Assembly: GCA_010093745.1 (NCBI GenBank)
Contig: MU005960.1
Span: 248,636 to 312,635 of the forward strand
DNA length: 64,000 nt
Direction: 5' to 3'
Source: Piedraia hortae CBS 480.64
Lineage: Eukaryota
The notes under the pieces were generated by a model. It was not told the DNA's origin, did no database searches, and saw nothing but the letters and a program-made list of their open reading frames with translations. Positions 30,701 to 41,782 of this stretch are shown here, one piece after another; the first letter of the stretch is position 1; each line of letters opens with the position of its first letter. The position numbers were made by a program, and so were the translations under genes.

Positions 30701-33700
30701 TTAACAATTTCCTCCCCCGCCTGGATTTAGCTTCGAGAGGTGTGATTTTCCTCTTGCTTGGTGCGAGCCGTTTAGGAAAAACATGCCGCTTTCGCGCCAG
30801 GTTGATTTTGTTTCTCGCGAGGGCATGGCAGTGTTAGTGGGGATGGCGCTGTGGGCGGGGGACGGACGGAGGGTCTCGGGCGGAGGTGCTGGGGAAACCA
30901 CGCCGCGACGGGATGATCCTCCGCTTCCACCGGACGCGCCGGAAATGGAGCTGTTTTTGGAAGATGGTGAGAATAAAACGTCATTGGGCCCAAAGAGCGC
31001 CTCCTGGTTCTCGACAAAGGCCGATATCAGCGGCGCTGGGACGTTCAGCGTTGGTGCGAAGACGATGCCGACTGTTGGTTCAAGTTAGCGTAGAGTAGGG
31101 ATTGGGATTCGAAAGACTGACCGTTTCGGACGTTCATCTTGTTCACCTCGGCATTGTTCACAATGGATAGCAAAAAAACGGAGAGGATTTGTAGGAGAGC
31201 GCGGTTCGGTCGAGGCAGACGGTCGATGAGAGCCTTCATCGTCTCCATCTTGTCTGATTCGCTCATTTCCAAACAAGCTAAAAAGTCCATATGCAGCTCG
31301 CGAGTGAGGATGCTCGCAGGGAGTTCGCGGAGATACAGTTTCAGCAGACTGGCGACGGCGTGGATATCGTAGTGATGGGCATCGGCGACAAGGTTGATGT
31401 CGCCTTCGGCGTTGAACCGCTCGCGGAGGGCTTTTATGACGTTATTCGAGCCCGAGAGACGGAAGATACCCTCCTCGGACGTCGCGTTCATGATGGTCAG
31501 GAACTCAATGCACCGATATACCACAACAGGCAGGTCTGTGGTGACATCGCCCGGTTGCGCCATGGACACTGCATCAGCCAACGGGGCACCGAACAGCGTG
31601 CGGGAGCCCATACGCTCCACCGAAGGAGAGGTTGGAGACCCGCCTGGCGCCAGATCAGATGACGATCGCCCTCGCAGCGCGGCAAACATGCTCCGTTTCT
31701 TGTCCTTGCTTAGACCCTGCGGCGTCGACTGCTTGACACCCCAGTCGCTGGCATTGGCAATCACTTGGCCCTTTTGCGGGCTGGATATTTGGGTCATGGT
31801 CTCGGGAGGAGGCGGAGAAGGAGAGCCGGCGCTGCGGTGGACTGGAGCATCGCCAGGCACCGTATCGACGTAGTTCGTTGTGCGCATGGCGTCGGGATGC
31901 GGAGGCGCAGGGAGCTGCAGGTCGTTTAGAGATTTTTGAAGCCGGGGACTCTTCGAAGGCGGTTCTTGGCGTACTGGGGCCAAATTGCGCTGGTTTCGCG
32001 GCTCCTCTTCCGCCTCGACAACACATTGCAAGAGTGCCTCCACCCAGGCATCGCGTTCCTCATCGCTCTCGGCACACAAAACATGGCGCACCAAACTGGA
32101 TGAGTCTTTTCTCTTGGGCTCTAGTACCAAAAACGCATGGCGGAACTCGTTGTCTTCTTCTTCCTGCTGTCCGTTATAAGGAGCCTGCTGCTTTCCAATC
32201 TGAGCTTTGGTCAGGCGGATAATTCCCAGCGGAGCTCCGCCCGGGGCGTCGTAGTATCGAAGATTGGGACCCTCGAGGACAAAATACCGCGCCTTCCAGC
32301 CGCCAAAGTTTTTGCCCCGCTTCGTCAAATATCCTTCGTGCTGCAGACGCGGTCGCGGCGCGGGGGAGTCCGGCCGCGAGTCAGCATCTCGCCCACAGAC
32401 GGGCACGTCGGCGCCAATGGCATCTGTGGACAGAAACTTGCACACCACTCGGGCAGCTGAGTCGCTTTGCAATGAATCGAGCATTCGGTCCAGATAGCGG
32501 TCAACGGCAGCACGGCGGAGATCGATTCGGGTCGGCGCATGACCGCTGAACAGCGCCTTTTCCGGTAGCCGCTCTTTGAAATTGCATGCAGCCTTGACTT
32601 GCGCATCCAGCTGGGCCAGCGCCGCCACCGACTTCTCTACGCGCCAAAGCTGCCGACCATCTGAGCGGGCATAGACGCCCAGGGTAAAGACGAGGCCATC
32701 CTCTGCCTGCTTGGACAGTACCATGCTCTGCCGCGACGGCTTCATGCGTGGCGACGACATCTTGATCTCGACGGACGGTAGCGCGTTGGGCGCAAGCAGC
32801 AGGTCTGGAAACTGCTCACTCGCCAGCCCGCGGTAGATCGAGCCTTCATCTGCTGACATCTTGCTTTCACTGTCGCCACTTGGGTTGGGAGAGACGTCGG
32901 TCCGCCGCAACGTCGACGGAGCGAGCGGTGGAAATGGGGCGCGGGCGGCCCGCGGAGACTGTGGAAGACCGGGAAGAGCTGTCACCGCCTTGTGCGGTGC
33001 GCGCGGTTTAGGGGAGTTGGGCGGCTTGTCGACCGGCCGCGGACTAAGCGGGAGGCCAGGGCTCAGCACCGACGGCGCTGTTTTGCACCGTTGAACTCCC
33101 GCAACGTCCGACTTTGCGCGGTGGCGGAGTAGCGCAGCCGGCTCAAGCGACGAAGGCGGCGGCTGAACGGGCAGTGGAAGTGACGGAGGTTGAGAGGGGG
33201 CGGTGCTCTGCTCGCTGCGTTCGTCTGGTGGGTTGGATGCGCCGTCGGGCTCGCGTTTGTCGTCTTCTCGAGTCCGGCGGCGACCTCTCTGCGCCATCTC
33301 AGCTGAGGACGGATCGTGTTCCTCATCCGACGGCTCGCCCTCTTTTGGCGGGACTGACAGCTGCAGCGGCGCGGGTGGCCCTTTCCGGACAGCCTTGGAG
33401 CCCGATTCGGGCGGAGATATTGGTGGGGCGATAAGATCGGCTGGAAAAGGCGCAATGGCGGCGTTTGCGGGGTCAGGGGACGGCGAAGGGCCTGGCGAGA
33501 GCGGATTGTGCGAATCTGGTGGTTGTGCGTTGGCGGAAGCGTTGGCGATACTTTGTTTGAGCCGCTGCCGATATCTTTCTTTGTCTCGCAACGCCGCCTC
33601 CAGATCTCGATTCAGACCCAATATCATGGCCCGCTGCTTCTCCATCAGCCGCCATAGCTGAGCATTGTGCGACGCTGCCTGATTTCGCTCCACCAATAGC

Positions 33701-33897
33701 TTCTGCACCGCCGCATCAGCTGAGCCGGCAGCTGCAATAAATGCAGCTGGATCGGGCGTCGAAGCATCAGGTAACGGCCGTGCAGCACCTGAGGCTGACG
33801 AGACTGCTGAGTGCGTTGATGTGGTGCGCGCCGGTCCTTCACCGACATCGGACATTGGCGACGGTAGCAGGTGGCGCGGAGCATCTCCCATGGCCAT
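30701..33897 (-). CDS. BEM3: RhoGAP with PX-like, PH and RhoGAP domains (Bem3-like)
   Basis: PH: EGYLTKRGKNFGGWKARYFVL. GAP: EEGIFRLSGS, VASLLKLYLRELP, NKMNVRN. Intron 31121-31072 restores VGIVFAPTL and joins ORF 30701-30901. First in-frame ATG at 33897; true start uncertain. Confidence 0.88.
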
Positions 33898-34593
33898 GTC
33901 AGGCCTTGAACATATTCCCCCCGCGCTGCCCCCTCTCTCGGCCTGGGACTCTTGCTGCGTTCCGCCTCGTGGTGATTTCCGGGGACCGGATGGAGAATGT
34001 GACAGGGAGCGTGGACCGGCCCGATGCGCGAGGGGCAGAGGCACTCGATGATGTCAACTTTGTCAGTCGAGGGCGCCAATTTGACACTATAAAGTGTCAA
34101 TGACGAGCTTCAAGTGAAGCAGATTGTTGAGATTTTGCAGCAGCCCGCCGTCCCGCGTGATGGATGCAGTAGACGAAGCTGCTCCATGTTGGTTGTTGGC
34201 CGTTGATTAACGCCGCTTCCGCGGCCAATCACTAGTCCGCAAGCGACTAAGCGTGCTGCTGTAGGCCAATCACGCCGCTTCCCCTACAATTGTGAATCAA
34301 TCTACTGGACAAAACAAATACAAACCTCTCTTGCGGGTTTGATTGGGTCACGAGCGGCTGGAGGCTGATTGAGCAAGGCAGATCTCGGGTAATCAAACGC
34401 CTTTGAATGAGTCAGCCTGCGCGTCGAGACTGACGAGGCTTGGCTGACAATTGATCAAATTTTGAATGACAATTGAACAAATTGTCAGCCTGTGACAAAC
34501 GGCGAGGTGGCGTTTGCAGCAGCCGACCGCCTTCTTCAGGAACAGGCCAACCATTGGTTAGGTTAATGTACAAAAACAAACTACATCTTACAC

Positions 34594-35577
34594 TCATCTC
34601 CTCTTCCCTTTCCTTCGCCTATCTTCATCATAGCCAATTGTTGCATTTGGCGGTGCGCCGTTGGTACGCCGCGGTGGATAAGCGACGTTGCCTGATTCTT
34701 TCAGCTTATCCCGGGCTTCATGGCTGCGGCTTAGAGGCGAAGATCGGGGAGTCCGTCGCGAGGTTTGAGGCAGCGTCTCTTCCGATTCAAATCGGCCCGG
34801 CAGGCTGTACAGCCGGTTGTAGGATTCGGCTCGACGACGTCGTGTGCGCCGCTCGGCCTCATCCATTGACGCACGCCGGTGGCTTGACGGCCGAGACCGG
34901 CCATGTTCCGACGATATAGATTGCTTACGGCTATGTTTCGAGTATGACCTTGACGAATGCCTGCTTCCCGACCGATTGCGTTCTGCGTAGTCAATAAACG
35001 AAGCAACAGTGGGCACCCCAACGGGCCCCGACATTAGTAACCCCGAGCCTGCGCCGGATCCTGAACGATGCGACGGAATCGGCTCTGTGACGCTTCTCCT
35101 CTCGGTCCGTGGCCTAGGGCTAGACTTTGTAGGTGATCCCAGCCACAAGCTGCTCAGATAGGATGACAACCGGCTCTTCTTTTGGCTTGAAAAGTTTGTG
35201 GAGCTGCTTGATCGACTGCTTGTTTTTCGTGGAGTCTGTGGAGTAACAGATGAAGGGGCGGGCGCAACGGCCTTTGGTTTCTGGACACGCCTGCGTGCCA
35301 GAAGTTCCATTTCGACCGTTGTTAGTTTGACATGAGTTTGGCCACGTAATCGTGCTGCCGAAATTTTGTCCAGCGCGGCCTGTACCAGCGCTTCCTCGCC
35401 CGCGAGGCTTTTGTAGGGATATCCATCTTTAAGAGTATCAGAGTAAACGCCGTCGTTCCAATCGTAGACTTTTTCATTTCGGGGCCCCCTGGTATTACCA
35501 TACACAAACGCATTATTGACGGGGGCCCCGGGTGGTCTTCCCGTGGCATAGGGCGAAGCGAGTGCGCGGCCGACCAA
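34594..35577 (-). CDS. YIP3-associated extension ORF (recoding-dependent long form)
   Basis: 327 codons starting 1 nt after the YIP3 stop. No ATG before the motif EEALVQAALDKISAARLRGQTHVKLTTVEMELLARRR, recalled from proteins encoded downstream of PRA1 in filamentous ascomycetes. Confidence 0.7.
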   Translation of the reverse strand: MVGRALASPYATGRPPGAPVNNAFVYGNTRGPRNEKVYDWNDGVYSDTLKDGYPYKSLAGEEALVQAALDKISAARLRGQTHVKLTTVEMELLARRRVQKPKAVAPAPSSVTPQTPRKTSSRSSSSTNFSSQKKSRLSSYLSSLWLGSPTKSSPRPRTERRSVTEPIPSHRSGSGAGSGLLMSGPVGVPTVASFIDYAERNRSGSRHSSRSYSKHSRKQSISSEHGRSRPSSHRRASMDEAERRTRRRRAESYNRLYSLPGRFESEETLPQTSRRTPRSSPLSRSHEARDKLKESGNVAYPPRRTNGAPPNATIGYDEDRRRKGKRR

Positions 35578-35578
35578 C

Positions 35579-36103
35579 CTAGACCGCCTCGTCGGAGAAA
35601 GAGGCCGCGGCGTCTTTCTCCAGAAGTGACGCGTGGCCGAGCACCGTCACGCCACTGGCGCCAATCAGCCACAGAACCGTTGAAATTGGTGAGGCCCAGA
35701 TGCCCAGAGGCACAGCAATCACTAGCAGAGTCGTGTAAAGCTGGGACGAGCTCGCTCGTGCGAATCCAACATCTAGGTCGCGTCCCTGGAGTTTAGAGAT
35801 GCCAAACATGCCGCCGACTACAAACACAATGACAAAGAGCAGTAGCAGATTCGTGAGGAGGCTGTAGATGCTGAGCATGACGAAGACGACGGCATAGTTG
35901 CTGCTGAAGTACGAGAGATTGTAGTTGACACGGCTCTGCACTTCGCCAAAATCGCGCGGCTTCGAGACGGCGCGGACATTGAGGAACTCCGATATGGGCC
36001 GCAGGTTGGCAAAGCGGTTCATCCACCCCTGCGAGCGGACGCTCTCCAGACGGCCCTGGAGGTTCAGACGGCTGGCGATTGCGTCGAGCGGGACGTTGGC
36101 CAT
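35579..36103 (-). CDS. YIP3: Prenylated Rab acceptor / Rab-GDI displacement factor (PRA1 family)
   Basis: NLRPISEFL, RVNYNLSYFSSNY, LIGASGVTVLGHA, C-terminal FSDEAV. Confidence 0.93.
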   Translation of the reverse strand: MANVPLDAIASRLNLQGRLESVRSQGWMNRFANLRPISEFLNVRAVSKPRDFGEVQSRVNYNLSYFSSNYAVVFVMLSIYSLLTNLLLLFVIVFVVGGMFGISKLQGRDLDVGFARASSSQLYTTLLVIAVPLGIWASPISTVLWLIGASGVTVLGHASLLEKDAAASFSDEAV

Positions 36104-36628
36104 GTTGTGCAGTTGAGCAGCTGTAAGTTAATTGAGTCCAGACGCTCCGGGCTTCTTACTTACTATATATGGTTACGTGACTGAGCGAGCGGTTGAGTGT
36201 GGTGGGAGTTTGAAATTTCGAGGGTGGAGGTTGGGACTACGGAGGCGCTAAACATTAGCGTCGCGCACAAAGGGCAAAGCCTTGGTGGTCCGACATGTGA
36301 AGACGTCCACACTGCCCTGCAAGCTGCAGCCTGCTGTGGCTTATGCTTGGCTACCTAAGCTGGGTCTTCACTGGTTGGTCTGTTGGTATTTGCGTGTCGT
36401 GGTTGGTTGTACATTAAACAGGTTATCAATGGTTCTACGCTAGTAGCTTCTATATTTTGGCCTAGAGGCCGCTATAACTAATTCCATCGAGGCTGAAAGA
36501 ACCCCCTGGGCTCTTGCCTCGACTGTGTGAGTTTCTCGTTGCGGTGGGGCGGGAACGCCCGCAACGCCAAATCCGGATGACAGACGACTGACAGGGCGGC
36601 GGCGAGACGTCCAGCAGCCATCACCACC

Positions 36629-37847
36629 ATGAAGTCGAAGCTTCTACTGCTCCTGGCCTGCCTGGTGGCCTTCGTGGCCGCATGGGGCAAAGAAGACTAC
36701 GAAATCTTCCGATTGAGAGACGAAGTGCGGGCGCACGAAGGGGAGAATGTGACATTTTATGACTTCCTCGGCATCAAGATCGACGCAACGCAGGAAAAGC
36801 TGAACAAGGCGTACCGCAGACTATCGCGGTCGCTGCACCCAGACAAGGCACGCAGCCAATGGTTGGCCGGGTACAGCGACAAGGTAACGGCGAACAGCAA
36901 GGCGCAGAAGAAACCGCGGAAGCCCACCCAGGGCGAGATCAACCGTTTCAATAAAGAGGCATCTGCCCGTTTTGAGCGGCTGAGTCTCGTGGCCAACATT
37001 CTGCGTGGCCCCGGACGCGAGCGCTATGATCACTTCCTGAAGAACGGCTTTCCGGCCTGGCGCGGCACCGGCTACTACTACGAGCGCTATCGTCCAGGCC
37101 TTGGCTCGGTGCTGATTGGACTCTTTATTGCTCTGGGCGGCGGTGCCCACTATGCCGCTCTGCGTCTACAATGGACAAGACGGCGCGAGTTCGTTCAACG
37201 GTATATCCAGCAAGCCCGCCGCTCCGCTTGGGGCGATGGCGGAGTTGCTGCCGGCATTCTGGACCATGCAGAGCACCAAGACAGCCAACCGGCACCTGAT
37301 CAAGGCATTCAGTGGAACCGACGGCAGAAGCGTATGATGGAAAAAGAGAAGAACAAGAAAGACGGCCGCGGTTCTCGCGGCACATCGAGGACGGATCCCC
37401 GCGCAGCAACCAAGGCCCGCAACGAAGGCGTCAGCGCGCCGCAAGACGCAGCCATCACATCGGGCCCCGTTGGCGCCAAAAAGCGAACGGTGGCGGAGAA
37501 CGGCAAGGTGCTGGTGGTTGACAGCGTCGGCAACGTATACCTAGAGGAGGAAACGCCCGAGGGAGACCGTCACGAGTTCCTGCTTGATGTAAGTTGTCCG
37601 CAGCCCTTGCCCGACCGCGAACTGACAGTTGCAGCCGGACGAAGTGCCGCCGCCGTCCATTACCGATACCTTCCTGGTGCGGGCGCCGCTGTTCTTCTAC
37701 CGCCAGACCATTGGGCGACTGACAGGGAAGGCACCGGTCGAGCAGGAGGCCGAGGCCAAGGACGAGTCGGAGGCTGCCCTGAACTCTGCGCTCCCAATGA
37801 ATGCAAATGAAGAGGCGAGACGACGAAGGAAGAAACATAAAAGGTAG
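36629..37847 (+). CDS. ERJ5: ER membrane J-domain co-chaperone
   Basis: Signal peptide, WGKEDYEIFRLRDEV, TFYDFLGI, HPDK, GFPAWRGTGYYYERYRPG, TM helix. Intron 37589-37634 joins ORF 37629-37847. Confidence 0.88.
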
Positions 37848-37870
37848 ATGGTAGCTAGGGTAGAAGCATT

Positions 37871-38166
37871 CTAAACGCCATATGCGCCCATGACGACGCG
37901 CAGCAACTCAAATACCAGCCCCCCGCAGACGACAAAGAGGAGGAGGTCTGGGCATGTAAGTAACAGTAGATAGCACAAACGGGCTGGACTCACACAGCCA
38001 GACTGGGCTGATCGGGGGCTTCTGCTTCACCGACTTCTGTTGAGGGTGCGGTTTCCCGCGCTTGGCGGCTTCGGCACGGGCAAACTGTTCGTTCGCGCGA
38101 CGCTGTTGAGGAGTTTGCGTCTGCGACGGTCAGCGTTTCACCTTGATTAGCCGTCGAACCCACCAT
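37871..38166 (-). CDS. YSY6: RAMP4/SERP1 family tail-anchored translocon-associated protein, 3 exons
   Basis: Not in ORF track. Exons 38166-38164, 38120-37994, 37947-37871 give MTQTPQQRRANEQFARAEAAKRGKPHPQQKSVKQKPPISPVWLYLLLFVVCGGLVFELLRVVMGAYGV*. Confidence 0.92.
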
Positions 38167-38241
38167 TTTTGTTGATGTGCGGTGTGTGTGGGAACAACTG
38201 CCTCGTTTAGCTAAATTCCACCCTTTATAGCCTCGCAGACC

Positions 38242-40272
38242 ATGGATTGTCCGGCCTTTGACGACTACGAACCCGGTAGTTACTCTTATGCCTTAGACCA
38301 ATGCAACGCCTATCTAGCGCGGAAAAGTGCAGATTATGGTGCCTTGGCAACCAAATTGCGCCTTTTGGCTGCCCTCTTCAGGTTCGAAGAAGGCCAGGCT
38401 GTGCTTGATCAGATTGCCACGTTGAAGAAAACCAAACTTCCAACTTTAGAAAATCTGCTTCAGATTACCGAGGGCGCGGCTTCGCTGAAGCAGCTGGAAT
38501 GGCCCCCAGCTCTAACAGCAGGACCAGTGGTGTCCCAGCTATGGGATGCTGTAGTCAAGGACAAGCAGCAAAGAGAAGGCCTGAACGCCGCATTTGATGC
38601 TGTTGAATTGCGTTGGTCCGCAGCCCTCAGCGAGAACCGCCTGGCAGATGCTCAGCAAGCTCTGGTTCAGCTGAAACAGCTACAACCGGGGAAAAAAGTC
38701 TTCTATCTTGCTCACGCTGCCCTGACACAACTATGTTCCACCACAGAAGATGATATTAACTCCCGCATCGCCCTGCAATTGGCCCGAAAAGCCGTAGCAG
38801 ACGAGTTCGATGAGGAAAGATCTCTAGACTGTCGAGTTCCGCGCCAGATATTCGAAGTCCAAGGCTCTGCCTCTAATTTGCAAGCCATAGAGGATCGACC
38901 ACGACTGCGGAAAACGGTAGAAACGATAGATATCAACCCACCTCAATCCTCGCTCTCAACACAACTCTCTCAAGCAGAAACAGCAGAGCAGCTATTCGCA
39001 ATTACATCCAAAGCCATCTCAACCTTTACACAGACCGGGGATAAGGATTCATGTCTCCACTCCATATCATCGCTCATCAAGCTCGGTCCAACCACCAGGA
39101 ATCTCTTAATATCAGCCTACCTCGCGGAGCGCCTCCTCCTCACCTCTCCACACACACCCCCCGCAAAGCTAATCCTTGTCTACATCTACATGCGTCTCGG
39201 ACTAGGCAGCCTTGCCCTAGTACACTTCAAGTCTTTAGACGTCAAACGCATCCAATTCGACACTCTAGGCCACGCAATCTTCACCAAAATATCCCTCGTC
39301 CACTATCACCCCCTCCCGGGCAAAAAGCCTCTAGACCCATTAACCCAGCTCAAAGCCGCAGCCCAAGTGTACCCCTCCAGTGACGAGCAGCTCCTCTCCC
39401 GCGAGATCAACACCCTCTACTCAGCCCAAACGGGCCTCTTAATAGACATCCACGCCCTCCGCACCTCCCTCCAACAAAGCATCACCCGGCGGATCCTTAT
39501 CCTCGAACGACGAAGAATCGAACGCTTCCGCCCTAAAAATCCCAAATCAAACAGCAACTCTGACCACAACAACCCCGACACCTCTTTTCCCCTCTCCTCC
39601 TGGCTCTCCGTCAGCGATAACCGCGACTTCTCCAATTTCCCCCACGACACCGAACGAGACGTCTACGGCATCTTCGGAACCGAACACATCCTCCTTAACC
39701 TCTTACTCGACACAATCTGGTCCCTCGCTCATGGTTCAGCGCCCGTAGTCCTCTTGCCCACTGATCAGACAAAATCCGCATTTTTAGCCGCTTGCAGGGA
39801 CCTGACAGGTCCTTCGCCTGAGGAGGATAAAGTCCGAGTCCTAGCTTGTGGGCTGTACAAAGTTTTGACGCGAAACAGCGGGGACGTGGCGGGAGATGCA
39901 GAATTGAAGACTTCTCTCAGCAACCTGAGTCCTCCCTTCACAGAGTCGACTCTGACAGAGGGGATTCATTCGACTTATCTCTACCTCGATGTTTTGCGGT
40001 GTGTCCTCGCTACGGAACGCTTTGCGGGGAGGATTGGAGAGGGACTCTCCGCTCACGCTGAGAGGGTGATCAAGGAGTTGGGACACTTTGCGGAGGGGAG
40101 GAGGGAAGGAGTTGATAAGAATTCTGTGAAGGAGCTAGTTGGGGGGAATGAGTGGGGAGTTGAGGTTGATGAGGGGTTTTGTGGGAGAATCGTGGATTCG
40201 GCGAGGGAGGGATGGGCTGGGGTTAGAGAGGTTGGGAGGGGTGATGGGACCAAGAAGTTGTGGAATCATTAG
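38242..40272 (+). CDS. MDM20: NatB N-acetyltransferase auxiliary subunit (Naa25-like), short and divergent
   Basis: LLISAYLAERLL..SPH..AKLILVYIYMRLGLGSLA..HFKSLDVKRIQFDTLGH and DNRDF motifs. Confidence 0.8.
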   Translation: MDCPAFDDYEPGSYSYALDQCNAYLARKSADYGALATKLRLLAALFRFEEGQAVLDQIATLKKTKLPTLENLLQITEGAASLKQLEWPPALTAGPVVSQLWDAVVKDKQQREGLNAAFDAVELRWSAALSENRLADAQQALVQLKQLQPGKKVFYLAHAALTQLCSTTEDDINSRIALQLARKAVADEFDEERSLDCRVPRQIFEVQGSASNLQAIEDRPRLRKTVETIDINPPQSSLSTQLSQAETAEQLFAITSKAISTFTQTGDKDSCLHSISSLIKLGPTTRNLLISAYLAERLLLTSPHTPPAKLILVYIYMRLGLGSLALVHFKSLDVKRIQFDTLGHAIFTKISLVHYHPLPGKKPLDPLTQLKAAAQVYPSSDEQLLSREINTLYSAQTGLLIDIHALRTSLQQSITRRILILERRRIERFRPKNPKSNSNSDHNNPDTSFPLSSWLSVSDNRDFSNFPHDTERDVYGIFGTEHILLNLLLDTIWSLAHGSAPVVLLPTDQTKSAFLAACRDLTGPSPEEDKVRVLACGLYKVLTRNSGDVAGDAELKTSLSNLSPPFTESTLTEGIHSTYLYLDVLRCVLATERFAGRIGEGLSAHAERVIKELGHFAEGRREGVDKNSVKELVGGNEWGVEVDEGFCGRIVDSAREGWAGVREVGRGDGTKKLWNH

Positions 40273-40624
40273 GGGTGTTCTGCGCTTTGAGGGACCTGAT
40301 CGGGGTATGGATGGATAGGGATGATTGCATGGCATCGATGATGAAGGGGAGTATTAGAGTATTCGATGGGCAAGCCATATGGGCAGAGTCTTCTGCAGGC
40401 TTGCGACTGAATAAGGGCATTCAGAGTGTTCGTTATCAGCCTTCCTGCTGCCAGCAATGCCAGCCTCATTGTCTTATCCACAAGGATTCCCTGATCCATC
40501 ACCTCATGTCGAGCCAGCACCACCTTATCTTTCCCTTCCCTTCAGAATTGCTTGCATGTCCCAGTTCAACCCATGTCCCCCGAAGGGAAAATACTCCGTC
40601 CAGCCGAGGTCTTGCCTTTGAAAC

Positions 40625-40924
40625 TGTCAGAAGGATGTGGCACCTACCATGACCAGAAGTAGATAAAAGTCGAAACTTCTCAGGGCTTTTACCTCTATAG
40701 AGGAAGTTTTCCCTGGAACGGATCATCGTCTCGTTCATGCTTAAGCGCATGGTTCGATAACGTTGTCCTGGCGAATGCGGTTAGACTGAGGTAGTGTGGG
40801 GAAGGTTTCGAACCTCACCTCATATAGACATAGACATCTACATTCACTTTTTCAGTCAAAGTTGAGTGAAAACATTTGTCGACATCCGCTCCCCTTTAGT
40901 CCTCGGAAGTTCGCCCCTCCGACA
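40625..40924 (+). mobile_element. Solo-LTR-like repeat, family 3 (~300 bp)
   Basis: TGTCAGA...CGACA termini. 5' part matches 9950-10090; 3' part matches the reverse complement of 9501-9640. Confidence 0.6.
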
Positions 40925-41782
40925 AAATCCTTTCATTTCTCCAATCCGTCAGTCAAGTTCCCGAATTCTTGGGCCACATATGCTTATCGACCATATTCTA
41001 CAATGATCTTATACGTGTAGTAGAGATCCCATATCATCCAAATCATCTTCATACAATGGACCACAGAACCGACATCACCATTCGCTGTCAGCACTCAGAA
41101 AGCTACTACCAATTCGACCCTGTAATATGATTGTAGTCCCAATGCATATATTAATGCTGAATCTCATCCGCATATTCTTGAGCCATTGTGTGGAGTTCTG
41201 TGATACCGGATGCCTGTATGTACACTGCGTTTTGCTGAGCACAAGACACGGTGCTTGTACACTGCCAACTTGACATATAACTGCGCCACCACAGTGGGTG
41301 GCACAGATGGATTTGCTTAATGTTATAACGGTAGTGGGTGCTTGGGCTTTTATTGTGTTTGTTGCTTATGACTGGTGGTATGCATGCTTTAGCGTGAGGT
41401 ATCTTACCTCAAGGTAAGTTACCTTAGCCGCTTTGAAAATCCCTACTATTTAGTCTTAGGACTGGGAAAAGATTGAGTTGTGATGTGATCTTGAAAGGGT
41501 GGGGTTGTCTATAAGGTTCGGAAACAGCTGGCAAAAGGCGATTTTTGCTCCCAGGAGTACGACGACGGTGGGCCTAAAGGCTTTGAGATTGTAAAATGTC
41601 ATGTCGGGCACATGGAAACGGATAGGGATACTTGATTGCCCGCTTTGTAGGCTGGAAGGTGCTGCAGTCTAACGGGAAGTTTCCTTGCATGCATTTGCGC
41701 TGAACGGACGACTGCAATTCCCGACGTCATACAAAAACACTACTAAATTCACTTTGAGACCACCAGAAAGTTGAAAACGGAC

